From assembly GCA_044220955.1 (NCBI GenBank), contig JBGAQA010000002.1, positions 64,001 to 128,000 on the forward strand: a DNA stretch of 64,000 bases. Reading direction: 5' to 3'. Shown here in pieces: positions 48,856 through 57,524 of the stretch. A program made the position numbers and the translations under genes. The first letter of the stretch is position 1. Each line of letters starts with the position of its first letter. Source of the stretch: Sandaracinaceae bacterium. Its GTDB lineage: Bacteria; Myxococcota_A; Polyangia; Polyangiales; Sandaracinaceae. The notes below the pieces were generated by a model. The model did not search any database, was not told the DNA's origin, and worked only from the letters and a program-made list of their open reading frames with translations.

Positions 48856-48957
48856 CACCCTCACCCTAGCCCTCTCCCACGACGTGGGAGAGGGGAGCGA
48901 GCACGAGAAGCCCTCTCCCCGCTCGCGCGCTCGCGGGGAGAGGGTTGGGTGAGGGTG
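48856..48957. repeat. REP-like palindromic element (CCCTCTCCC/GGGAGAGGG double hairpin)
   Basis: Outer stem CACCCTCACCC...GGGTGAGGGTG enclosing two CCCTCTCCC-loop-GGGAGAGGG hairpins. Confidence 0.85.
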
Positions 48958-48996
48958 CGAGCCTGCCGGTTGGATCTACACGGTCGAGCTCTGGGG

Positions 48997-50460
48997 TTAG
49001 TCGGCGGAGGAGGACGGCGGAAGGGAGACGCCCGACGCCGAAGCCCTCGTGCGGCGCGCGTCCGCCGGGTAGAAGAAGCTCACGGCGAGCGCCGCGACCC
49101 CGAGCGCGGCGCCCGTCTGGAAGATCGGCGAGAGCCCCGCCGCCAGCGCCAGGCTCACGGCGTCGCTCACGACCTCGGCGCGACGATGCGGATCGAGCAG
49201 CCGCGCGACGGTCTCGGGCGGGAGCCGATCGTCGAGTGCCGCCGCGAACACCGCACCGAGCGCGCCGGCGCCGAGCGCCCCGCCCATCGAGCGGGCGAAG
49301 AGGTTGGTGGCCGTCGCGACGCCGCGCTCGTTCATCTCCACGCTCGACTGCACGGCGAGGATCTGCGCCGTGAGGGTGAAGCCCATGCCGAGTCCGTACA
49401 CGAACATCCCGCCGCGCAGCGCCCACAGGCTCGCGCCCGGGCGCGCGAAGAACGCGACGAGCCCGAGGCCGACGACCACGACGACGGAGCCAGCGATCAC
49501 GGGGACGCGGAAGCCGATGCGCGAGAGCGCCCGGCTCGTCAGCGCGGACGCGATGGGCCAGCCGACGAGCATCGGGGCGATGGTCGCGCCGGCCTCCGGG
49601 GCGCTCGCGCCGAGCACGCCCTGCGCGAAGAGCGGCACGAACATCACGGCCGCCATCATGGCGGCCCCGAGGAGCAGGCTCGACGCCGACGCGACCGCGA
49701 TGCCGCGCCGCAGGACGAGCCCGAGCGGCAGCACCGGGCTCTCTGCGCGTCGCTCGATCCAGAGGAAGAGCGCGCCGAGGCCGAGGCCGAGCGGGAGGGT
49801 CAGCGCCGGCAGCTCGCGCTCGGCGCCGAGCAGGACACAGACGGAGGCGAGCGTCAGGACGAGCGCGCCAGGCCAGTCCACGTGCAAGGCGAGCTTCGGG
49901 CGCTTCGCCTCGTGGTAGCTGCGCATGAGCATCACGATCGCGAGGACTCCGAGCGGCAGGTTGATCCAGAAGACCCAGCGCCAGCCGATGGTGGCGACGA
50001 CGACGCCGCCCACGATCGGTCCGGCGATGCCGCTGATGCCCCACACGCTGCCGAAGAGCGCCTGCACCCTCCCGCGCTCCTCCAGCGTGAAGAGGTCGCC
50101 GACGATCGTCATCGCCACGGGCTGCATCGCGCCGGCCCCGAGGCCCTGCACGCCGCGCGCGACGATCAGCATCGTCATCGACGTGGCCGCGCCGGACGCG
50201 AACGAGCCGAGCGTGAACATCACGATCCCGAAGATCAGCGTCGGCCGCCGCCCGTGGAGATCGGCGAGCTTGCCGTAGAGCGGCATCGTGACGGTCGAGG
50301 CGAGCATGTAGGCCGCGCCGACCCAGCCGTAGCGGTCGATCCCGCCGAGATCCGCGATGACGGTCGGCATCGCCGTGCCGACGACCGTCGCCTCGAGCGC
50401 GCTCATCGCGATCGACGCGAGCAGCGCCAGGACCGTGGAGCGACGCTCGGTGACTGCCAT
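48997..50460 (-). CDS. MFS drug-efflux transporter (DHA2-like)
   Basis: TAMPTVIADLGG, GKLADLHGRR, ARGVQGLG, WRWVFWINLPLG. Confidence 0.92.
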   Translation of the reverse strand: MAVTERRSTVLALLASIAMSALEATVVGTAMPTVIADLGGIDRYGWVGAAYMLASTVTMPLYGKLADLHGRRPTLIFGIVMFTLGSFASGAATSMTMLIVARGVQGLGAGAMQPVAMTIVGDLFTLEERGRVQALFGSVWGISGIAGPIVGGVVVATIGWRWVFWINLPLGVLAIVMLMRSYHEAKRPKLALHVDWPGALVLTLASVCVLLGAERELPALTLPLGLGLGALFLWIERRAESPVLPLGLVLRRGIAVASASSLLLGAAMMAAVMFVPLFAQGVLGASAPEAGATIAPMLVGWPIASALTSRALSRIGFRVPVIAGSVVVVVGLGLVAFFARPGASLWALRGGMFVYGLGMGFTLTAQILAVQSSVEMNERGVATATNLFARSMGGALGAGALGAVFAAALDDRLPPETVARLLDPHRRAEVVSDAVSLALAAGLSPIFQTGAALGVAALAVSFFYPADARRTRASASGVSLPPSSSAD

Positions 50461-50553
50461 CCGCGAGGCGCCATCGTGGAGCCCCCGCGCGGCCGGTCAA
50501 GGACGCGAGCGCCGATCGCCGCGGGCCATCGCACTTTCGGGCATCATCGGGGG

Positions 50554-52443
50554 ATGAAGCGCCTCGCCGTCTTCGCCTGCTCTTGCTGCCTCGCCCTCGC
50601 CTCGGCTGCCTGCGACCCCAGCGCCCCGACGGCGGGGCCGCGCACCTGCACGACGCAGGGCGACTGCCGCACCGGGCAGGTCTGCATCGACGGGCACTGC
50701 GCGGCGCCGTCCGACGCGGGACCGATGCGGCCCGACGCCCCCTTCGTCCCGACCGACACCGGCCCGCCCAACGACGCCGACACCGCGCCGCGCTGCGGCG
50801 ACGGGCGTGTGCGCGTCGGCGAGGAGTGCGACGACCACGACCTCGACCCCGGCGACGGCTGCGACGCCACCTGCCACCTCGAGCCGAACTTCGTCTGCCC
50901 GACGCCCGGCGACCCCTGCGTGTCGACCATCGTCTGCGGCGACGGCACGCTGAGCCCGACCGAGACCTGCGACGACCACAACGTCGCGCCCGGCGACGGA
51001 TGCGGCGCGGACTGCCAGCGCGAGCCGGGCTGGACGTGCATGAACGTGGGCCTGCCGTGCACCGCGACGGCCTGCGGCGACGGCGTCGTCGCCGGCACCG
51101 AGGACTGCGAGGACGGCGACGCGACGCCCGCGGGCGGCGACGGATGCGACGCCGCGTGCCACTTCGAGGAGGGCTTCGCGTGCGGCGCGGCGGGCACGGC
51201 CTGCACCGCGGTGGTCTGTGGCAACGGCACGCGCGAGGGCACCGAGCAGTGCGACGACGCGAACCACGACCTCGGCGACGGGTGCGATCCCTTCTGCCAC
51301 CGCGAGCCCATGTGCACGGACGGCACGTGCTCGAGCGTGTGCGGCGACGGGGTGATCCTGCCCGGCGAGGCGTGCGACGACGGCAACCTGCGCGACGGCG
51401 ACGGCTGTGATCACGCGTGCGCCGTGGAGATGGGCTTCACGTGCATGCCGTCCGGCGCCGTGGAGCCCGGCTCGGTGGCGATCCCGATCGTGTACCGCGA
51501 CTTCCGCGGCAACGACCTGAGCGGCGGGCACATCGACTTCGAGAACGCGGGCGGAGACGACCGCGGCATCGCGGCTCCGACGCTCGACTCGGCGCACAAG
51601 CCCGCGTACGCGCACGCCGGCAGCACCACGTCGACGACGCACGGCGAGGGCGCGTACCGGCAGTGGTACCGCGACACGGCAGGCACGAACGTCACGATCG
51701 TCGACCGGCTCACGCTCGCCCGCACGGCGCCGGGCACCTACGTCTTCGACGACGGCGACTTCTTCCCGCTCGACGGCCTCGGCTTCGTCGCGATGGGCAC
51801 GGAGCCCGCGCGCACGGGCGGGCACAACTTCAGCTTCACGAGCGAGCTGCGCTACTGGTTCGTGTACGCGGGCGGCGAGACGCTCACGTTCCGCGGCGAC
51901 GACGACGTGTGGGTCTTCATCAACGGCCGCCTCGCGCTCGACATCGGCGGCGTGCACGGCGCGGAGAGCGCGTCGATCACGCTGGATGCCGCCGCCGCGT
52001 CGACGCTCGGCATGCACGCGGGCGGCATCTACGAGGCCGTGGTCTTCCAGGCCGAACGTCACACCGTCGCGTCGAGCTACCAGCTCACGCTCGTCGGCTT
52101 CGACGCGAGCCACAGCGAGTGCACCTCGACGTGCGGCGACGGCCTCGTGACGCGCTTCGAGATCTGCGACGACGGCGTGAACGACGGCACGTACGGCCAC
52201 TGCCTGCCTGGCTGCCTCGGCTTCGGCCCGCGCTGCGGCGACGCGCACGTCGATACGGATCACGCGGAGGCGTGCGACGACGGCACCAACGCCGGCGGCT
52301 ACGGCCAGTGCGCGCCGGGCTGCGTGCTCGGCCCGCGCTGCGGCGACCACGTCGTGCAGACCGCGAACGGCGAGACGTGCGACGACGGGAACACGACCCC
52401 GCTCGATGGCTGCGACGCGACGTGCCAGGACGAGATCGGGTAG
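50554..52443 (+). CDS. DUF4215 Cys-rich repeat / fibro-slime (PA14-like) lipoprotein
   Basis: LASAAC lipobox; CGDG..E.CDD...GDGC...C repeats; YRDF, HNFSFTSE, FRGDDDVWVFING, FQAERH. Confidence 0.9.
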   Translation: MKRLAVFACSCCLALASAACDPSAPTAGPRTCTTQGDCRTGQVCIDGHCAAPSDAGPMRPDAPFVPTDTGPPNDADTAPRCGDGRVRVGEECDDHDLDPGDGCDATCHLEPNFVCPTPGDPCVSTIVCGDGTLSPTETCDDHNVAPGDGCGADCQREPGWTCMNVGLPCTATACGDGVVAGTEDCEDGDATPAGGDGCDAACHFEEGFACGAAGTACTAVVCGNGTREGTEQCDDANHDLGDGCDPFCHREPMCTDGTCSSVCGDGVILPGEACDDGNLRDGDGCDHACAVEMGFTCMPSGAVEPGSVAIPIVYRDFRGNDLSGGHIDFENAGGDDRGIAAPTLDSAHKPAYAHAGSTTSTTHGEGAYRQWYRDTAGTNVTIVDRLTLARTAPGTYVFDDGDFFPLDGLGFVAMGTEPARTGGHNFSFTSELRYWFVYAGGETLTFRGDDDVWVFINGRLALDIGGVHGAESASITLDAAAASTLGMHAGGIYEAVVFQAERHTVASSYQLTLVGFDASHSECTSTCGDGLVTRFEICDDGVNDGTYGHCLPGCLGFGPRCGDAHVDTDHAEACDDGTNAGGYGQCAPGCVLGPRCGDHVVQTANGETCDDGNTTPLDGCDATCQDEIG

Positions 52444-52450
52444 GTCGCGC

Positions 52451-52647
52451 TCAGCGTTTCGTCGGACAAGGAGATCTCGACCGGACGGACGGGACCGCGC
52501 TCGACCGCCCAGCACCACACGCGATCACCACGCGATCACCGGCGTCACGCCCACACGCATGTCCGAAGCCTGCGCTCACCTGTCTCATCGCGGTGTCGAG
52601 GGAAACGACCGGAACGCCGGCTCTGTCCCAGAATCGTGATCGGTCAT
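52451..52647 (-). pseudogene. RCC1-repeat gene remnant frameshifted by an 11-bp tandem duplication
   Basis: ACGCGATCACC twice at 52519-52540; removing one copy gives QVSAGFGHACGRDAGDRVWCW. Confidence 0.6.
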
Positions 52648-53028
52648 TTAGAGCTTCTGAGCGTCGGGCAGCCTCGCGAGGCCGCGATCGAAGGTACCGA
52701 GGGGCAGGTGCCCGGCCTTGCGCGCGATCTCGAGGATGAGGCAGTCGGAGAAGCCGAGCGCCGGGCGCTTCTGGAAGTGCGCGAGCGCCGCGCCCACGAC
52801 GTCGGCGTCCTGGACCACGAGCGATGTGTGCTCGAGCAGCATGCGCAGCGCGGCCGCGATCTGTGCAGGGGTCCGCTCGAAGACCGAGTCGAGCACCCAC
52901 ACGGCCTCCACGAGCACGACGTGCGAGACCCAGGCGCCGGATTCGACGAACGCCTCGGCGCGGGCGACCTGTCGGGCATCGTCACGCGCGAGGAGCCGCA
53001 CCAGCACGTTCGTGTCAACGGCGCGCAC
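52648..53028 (-). CDS. vapC: VapC-family PIN-domain toxin
   Basis: AVDTNVLVR, VLVEAVWVL, FSDCLI, TFD. Confidence 0.9.
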   Translation of the reverse strand: MRAVDTNVLVRLLARDDARQVARAEAFVESGAWVSHVVLVEAVWVLDSVFERTPAQIAAALRMLLEHTSLVVQDADVVGAALAHFQKRPALGFSDCLILEIARKAGHLPLGTFDRGLARLPDAQKL

Positions 53029-53278
53029 GACGCCTCACCCGCTCGCGGATCCCTTCCTTCAGCTCCAGGAGCGAGCGCGGCGGCGGTGAGGCGTCCGGGA
53101 AGAGCACGTGATGCAGCGCCTCGGACGTGTGCCGCCCGGCACGCCGCACGACGACGGCGGTGCCGTCCTCGTCCCACTCGATCGTCGAGCCCGGCACGAG
53201 CCCGAGGCGACGCCGGACCTCCGCGGGAACCGAGACCTGCCCCTGGGCCGTGATCCGCGACTGCGCGAGCTTCATCAT
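53015..53278 (-). CDS. vapB: AbrB/MazE/SpoVT-family antitoxin
   Basis: SRITAQGQVSVPAEVRRRLGL.PG; overlaps the toxin start. Confidence 0.88.
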   Translation of the reverse strand: MMKLAQSRITAQGQVSVPAEVRRRLGLVPGSTIEWDEDGTAVVVRRAGRHTSEALHHVLFPDASPPPRSLLELKEGIRERVRRRARR

Positions 53279-53366
53279 CCACCAAGTACCACGGTAACGT
53301 GTCGCGTTCCAGGCTGGTGATGCGTCCGCCATCGGGGCCGGAGTCGTCGCGGTCCGGCTGGGGACT

Positions 53367-53466
53367 TCGCTCTCGCTCTCGCTCTCGCTCTCGCTCTCGC
53401 TCTCGCTCTCGCTCTCGCTCTCGCTCTCGCTCTCGCTCTCGCTCTCGACCTCGCTCTCGCTCTCGC
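53367..53466. repeat. (TCTCGC)n hexanucleotide microsatellite, ~16 units, intergenic
   Basis: 12 perfect units at 53371-53442, then two variant and two perfect units. Confidence 0.95.
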
Positions 53467-53481
53467 GCTACGCTCTCTCCC

Positions 53482-54054
53482 ATGCGCCTCCTCGCCCTCG
53501 CGCTCGCGCTCGCCTCCGTTTCCTCCCTCGCCTCCGCGCAGGCCACGCTGACCTACGAGCAGCGCATCCGGCAGGCGACCGAGGGCATCGCGCACGGCGA
53601 CCGCGCGGCGGCGATGGCGTCGCTCCGCACGGCGATCGCGGACGCGCCGTCCCGCCCCGACGCGCACTGCATCCTCGCGGAGGGCTACCGCGTGCAGAGC
53701 GACTTCACCGCCTCGCTCGACAACTTCCAGACGTGCCTTCGCTTCGCGCGCGAGGAGGACAACCTCCTCTACATCGCGCGCGCGCTGCACGGCGTCGCCT
53801 CCTGCTACGAGCGCATGCCCGAGCACCTCACCGACGCGCGCACCGCGTGGATGGAGTACGCGCACTTCGCCGACGGCGCGAGCCGCGTCGCGAGCGCGAG
53901 CGAGGGCCGCGAGCGCGTGCAGGCCATCGACGTCGCGGGCGAGCAGGAGCACGTCTACGTCGACGTCCGCGCCCGCATCGCCGAGCGCGAGCGCATCGCC
54001 CGCGAGGCGCCGCCGCCCGCACCGCCCTCACCGCCCCGCGGCGGCCGGCGCTGA
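53482..54054 (+). CDS. Secreted TPR-like protein
   Basis: Signal MRLLALALALASVSSLASA; helical TPR-like segments. Confidence 0.7.
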   Translation: MRLLALALALASVSSLASAQATLTYEQRIRQATEGIAHGDRAAAMASLRTAIADAPSRPDAHCILAEGYRVQSDFTASLDNFQTCLRFAREEDNLLYIARALHGVASCYERMPEHLTDARTAWMEYAHFADGASRVASASEGRERVQAIDVAGEQEHVYVDVRARIAERERIAREAPPPAPPSPPRGGRR

Positions 54055-54090
54055 CGCGCCGGGCCCCTGGATGCGGGTTATCATTCTCCC

Positions 54091-54672
54091 GTGGGCGCAC
54101 GCGACGCGAGGAAGATGACCTACGACCAGTACCTCGCGCTCGTCGAGTCCAGCGAGACGAAGTACGAGTACGTGAACGGCGAGGCGTTCTCGATGGCCGG
54201 CGGCACGCCGCGTCACTCGGCGATCTGCGCGAACGTCGGCGGCGCGCTCTGGACGGCCCTGCGGGGCAAGCCATGTCGCGCGTACCAGAGTGACCTGCGC
54301 GTGCGCGTCGAGGCCACTGGTCTCTCCACGTATCCCGACGTCACCATCGTCTGCGGACCAGTCGAGACGTCACCGAAGGATCGCCTCGCCGCGATCAACC
54401 CGCGCGTGATCATCGAGGTCACGAGCGAGGCGACCGAGGCCTTCGACCGAGGAGGCAAGTTCCAGCACTACCAGTCGATCTCTTCGCTGAGCGACTACCT
54501 CGTCGTCAGCTCCGATCGCGTGCGCATCGATCACTACCGGCGCCAGGGTGACGGGAGCTGGCTGCTGAGCCCCATCGGCCCCGTCGCGCCGAGGGCGACG
54601 CGCATCGACCCCATCGAGGCGACGCTCGCGCTCGACGACGTCTACGCTCAGCTCGACGACGCGCCCGTCTGA
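54091..54672 (+). CDS. Uma2/DUF820 family endonuclease-like protein
   Basis: KYEYVNGE..SMAGG, YPDV, IEVTS..T..FDRGGKF..Y. Confidence 0.9.
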   Translation: MGARDARKMTYDQYLALVESSETKYEYVNGEAFSMAGGTPRHSAICANVGGALWTALRGKPCRAYQSDLRVRVEATGLSTYPDVTIVCGPVETSPKDRLAAINPRVIIEVTSEATEAFDRGGKFQHYQSISSLSDYLVVSSDRVRIDHYRRQGDGSWLLSPIGPVAPRATRIDPIEATLALDDVYAQLDDAPV

Positions 54673-54723
54673 TCCGCCCGACGCCGGATTCGCCGCTCGT
54701 TTTGGTGCGTGCTAGATCGACCC

Positions 54724-55830
54724 ATGGCACAGCAGAATCACGAGCTGCCGCTCACCTTCTTCGAGCGGCTCCCCAAGACGGACCTCCACGTCCACCTCGA
54801 CGGCTCGCTCCGCCTCGAGACCATCCTCGAGCTCGCCGACCGCGACGGCGTGACGCTCCCGGGCAAGACGCCCGACGAGCTCAAGCGCGCGATGCACTGC
54901 GGCGAGAACACGGGCTCGCTCGTCGAGTACCTCAAGGCCTTCGACGTCACGCTGCAGGTGCTGCAGAACGAAGACTCGCTCGTCCGCGCCGCCCGCGAGC
55001 TGGGCGAGGACGCCGCCCGCGAGAACGTCCGCTACATGGAGGTGCGCTACGCGCCGATGCTGCACACCCGAAAGGGACTGCGCCTGACCGCCGTGGTGGA
55101 GGCCGTCCTCGAGGGCCTCTGGCAGGCCAAGGAGCGCGTCGGGATCGACAGCAACGTGATCCTCTGCGGGATCCGGAACATCTCGCCCGAGAGCTCGCTC
55201 GAGATGGCGCAGCTCGCCGTCGCCTACAAGGGACGCGGCGTCGTCGCCTTCGACCTCGCCGGCGCCGAGTACGACCACCCGCCCAAGCACCACCTGCCGG
55301 CGTTCCAGCTCGTGCGCGACAACAACATCAACGTCACGATCCACGCGGGCGAGGCCTACGGGCCCGCGTCGATCCACCAGGCGATCCACCAGTGCGGCGC
55401 GCACCGCATCGGCCACGGCTGCCGCCTCCGCGAGGACGGCGATCTGCTCCGCTACGTGAACGACCACCGCATCACGCTCGAGTGCTGCCCCAGCTCGAAC
55501 GTGCAGACCGGCGCGGTCCGCGATCTCGCGTCGCACCCGCTCAAGCTCTATCACGACCTCGGCGTGCGGGTGACGATCAACACGGACAATCGGCTCATCA
55601 CCGACACGACCGTGAGCAAGGAGCTCTGGCTCTGCCACACGCAGATGGGCATGGGCCTGCCGGAGATCGGCCACATGATCCTCAACGGCTTCAAGGCCGC
55701 GTTCCTCCCCTTCCACCAGAAGCAGGCGTGGGTGCGACGCATCAACCGGGAGCTGGGACAGACGATCGCCGAGCAGACGGGGCAGGCGGCGATGTCGAGC
55801 CCCGGGATGGTCGTCGCCGCGAAGGCGTGA
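54724..55830 (+). CDS. add: Adenosine deaminase
   Basis: LPKTDLHVHLDGS, HAGE, RIGHG, CPSSN, NTDN. Confidence 0.93.
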   Translation: MAQQNHELPLTFFERLPKTDLHVHLDGSLRLETILELADRDGVTLPGKTPDELKRAMHCGENTGSLVEYLKAFDVTLQVLQNEDSLVRAARELGEDAARENVRYMEVRYAPMLHTRKGLRLTAVVEAVLEGLWQAKERVGIDSNVILCGIRNISPESSLEMAQLAVAYKGRGVVAFDLAGAEYDHPPKHHLPAFQLVRDNNINVTIHAGEAYGPASIHQAIHQCGAHRIGHGCRLREDGDLLRYVNDHRITLECCPSSNVQTGAVRDLASHPLKLYHDLGVRVTINTDNRLITDTTVSKELWLCHTQMGMGLPEIGHMILNGFKAAFLPFHQKQAWVRRINRELGQTIAEQTGQAAMSSPGMVVAAKA

Positions 55831-55940
55831 CGCCGGGGGGAATTCCGGACGCGCGGAGCGCGTAGAACGTCGCCCCGTCGGAGCGGTGAGCTTCGCCCGG
55901 TGCCGGCCCGGTGCCCGGCGTTCGCTCACGCCCGTCTGTT

Positions 55941-55968
55941 TTGCTTCGCGCGCGGGACGCTGTAGGAT
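55941..55968 (+). promoter_or_regulatory. Putative sigma70 promoter TTGCTT-N16-TAGGAT
   Basis: Upstream of a GGAGG ribosome-binding site and ATG 55996. Confidence 0.45.
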
Positions 55969-55995
55969 CCGCCGCAATCTTCGGAGGATCCTCGC

Positions 55996-56949
55996 ATGCG
56001 CCCATCGCTTCGTGCCGCCTTCCTGGTTCTCGCTGCCTCGTGGCTCGTGCTCCCCGTCGCGCGCGCGCAGACGCTCGAAGAAGAGCAGGCGAGCCAGACG
56101 ACGACCACCACCACCACCAGCTCGGCCACGACCGTCGACTCGGGCCACCAGCTCGGCGACGACCAGGCGGCGATGGAGGAGGAGCACCCCCGACCTCAGA
56201 GCGACGACGGCATCACGGCGGTCTACGACGAGACGAACCGCGACTACTTCTCGTTCGGCTTCCTCGCGCGCGGCGTGGTCGTGCCGGACTTCATGATCAA
56301 CGCGTTCGTCTCGTACCGCGGCAGCAACGCGCTCAACGCGGGCATGGGCGGCTACTTCGCCTGGCGCCGCAACGGCTTCAACGTGATGGCGGAGGTCTGG
56401 TACCTCGGCTTCGGCGCGCAGGGCTACTACCACGGCATCAGCGCGGCCGACATCGAGACCGAGTACGTGAACGCGCAGCTCGGCGCGGTCTTCGGCAACT
56501 TCGTGTTCCAGTGGGCGATCCCGGTCACGCCCTGGTTCGCGATCGACATCGGCCTCGGCCTCGGCCTGGGGGGCATCACGGGCAACATCTACCGCCAGGA
56601 GGCGTACCCGAACGCGGGCGCGCAGTACGGCTACTCGATGTGCCAGGGCGTCGGCATGCCCAACGCCGCGTACTGCGACGGTCCGCTGGAGCGCCCCGGC
56701 CCGGGCGGGCGGCTCGACAGCTCGCGCCAGATGGGCGGCACCTACCAGATCCAGAACGGCGGCGCGCCCGGCACCGGGCCGAACCCGTTCTACTTCGGCG
56801 ACGGAGGCGTGCCCCCGATGTTCGGGTGGATCGACCTGCCGCGCGTCACCGCGCGCTTCACGCCGATCCGCCAGCTCCAGATCCGCGTGGACCTCAGCTA
56901 CAACATCTACGGCTTCGGGTTCGGCGGCTCGCTCGGCTACCAGATCTGA
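55996..56949 (+). CDS. Putative outer-membrane beta-barrel protein
   Basis: Signal peptide; alternating aromatic/Gly strands; C-terminal GGSLGYQI. Confidence 0.7.
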   Translation: MRPSLRAAFLVLAASWLVLPVARAQTLEEEQASQTTTTTTTSSATTVDSGHQLGDDQAAMEEEHPRPQSDDGITAVYDETNRDYFSFGFLARGVVVPDFMINAFVSYRGSNALNAGMGGYFAWRRNGFNVMAEVWYLGFGAQGYYHGISAADIETEYVNAQLGAVFGNFVFQWAIPVTPWFAIDIGLGLGLGGITGNIYRQEAYPNAGAQYGYSMCQGVGMPNAAYCDGPLERPGPGGRLDSSRQMGGTYQIQNGGAPGTGPNPFYFGDGGVPPMFGWIDLPRVTARFTPIRQLQIRVDLSYNIYGFGFGGSLGYQI

Positions 56950-57008
56950 CGCCGACCGCCGCTCGCGAGGAAGGCAGGAGGCAGCGATGCTCTCCCGCCT
57001 CTTCGCTT

Positions 57009-57524
57009 TCAGCGGCCCACGATCGCGATCAGCTCGACGTCGAAGACCAGCATCCCGCGCGGCCCGCCCCTCGAGTGGCCGTAGGCGAGCGACTCCGGGA
57101 TCCAGAAGCGGCGCACCTCGCCGACGCTCATCAGCTGCAGGCCCTCGGTCCAGCCGGGGATGAGCGCGTCGACCGGGAACGTCGTCGGCTCGCCGCGCGG
57201 GTGCGAGCTGTCGAACATCTGCCCGTCCGTGGTCCAGCCCGTGTAGTGCACGGTCACGCGGTCGTGCAGGTCGGGGCGCGCGTTGCCGTCGCCCGGCCGC
57301 AGCACGCACCAGCGCAGGCCCGAGAGGCTGCGGCGGGCGCGCTCGGGTGGCGCGGCGACGTCGGCCGGCGCGCGCGTAGGATCGGCGGTCGGATCCCAGC
57401 TCGTGCACGGCGCCGGCGTCGTGGCCACGTGCTCGTCGGACGCCTGCATCACCGGCTGCGGCGCCGGGCGTGCGCCGCACGCGCAGAGAGCGCAGAGGGC
57501 GCCGACGAGAGCCAGCGCCCTCAC
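57009..57524 (-). CDS. FKBP-type peptidyl-prolyl isomerase lipoprotein
   Basis: LCAC lipobox; VHYTG, FDSS, IPGWTEGL, IPESLAYG, LVFDVEL. Confidence 0.92.
   Translation of the reverse strand: MRALALVGALCALCACGARPAPQPVMQASDEHVATTPAPCTSWDPTADPTRAPADVAAPPERARRSLSGLRWCVLRPGDGNARPDLHDRVTVHYTGWTTDGQMFDSSHPRGEPTTFPVDALIPGWTEGLQLMSVGEVRRFWIPESLAYGHSRGGPRGMLVFDVELIAIVGR

Noticed and set aside
50554..52443. TraA kin-recognition receptor
   Set aside because: It is PA14-like and Cys-rich, but it is an N-terminal lipoprotein with no MYXO-CTERM tail and no adjacent traB/OmpA gene.
53299..53546. RS-, RE-, AR- or ES-repeat proteins read through the microsatellite
   Set aside because: A hexamer repeat leaves frames open by default. 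The ES frame runs into the antitoxin but has an upstream stop and no start, and the TPR gene has a clean signal peptide from 53482.
52648..54672. Mobile element or defence island around vapBC and Uma2
   Set aside because: No integrase, transposase, att sites or terminal repeats were seen; stand-alone Uma2 and TA genes are common in such genomes.
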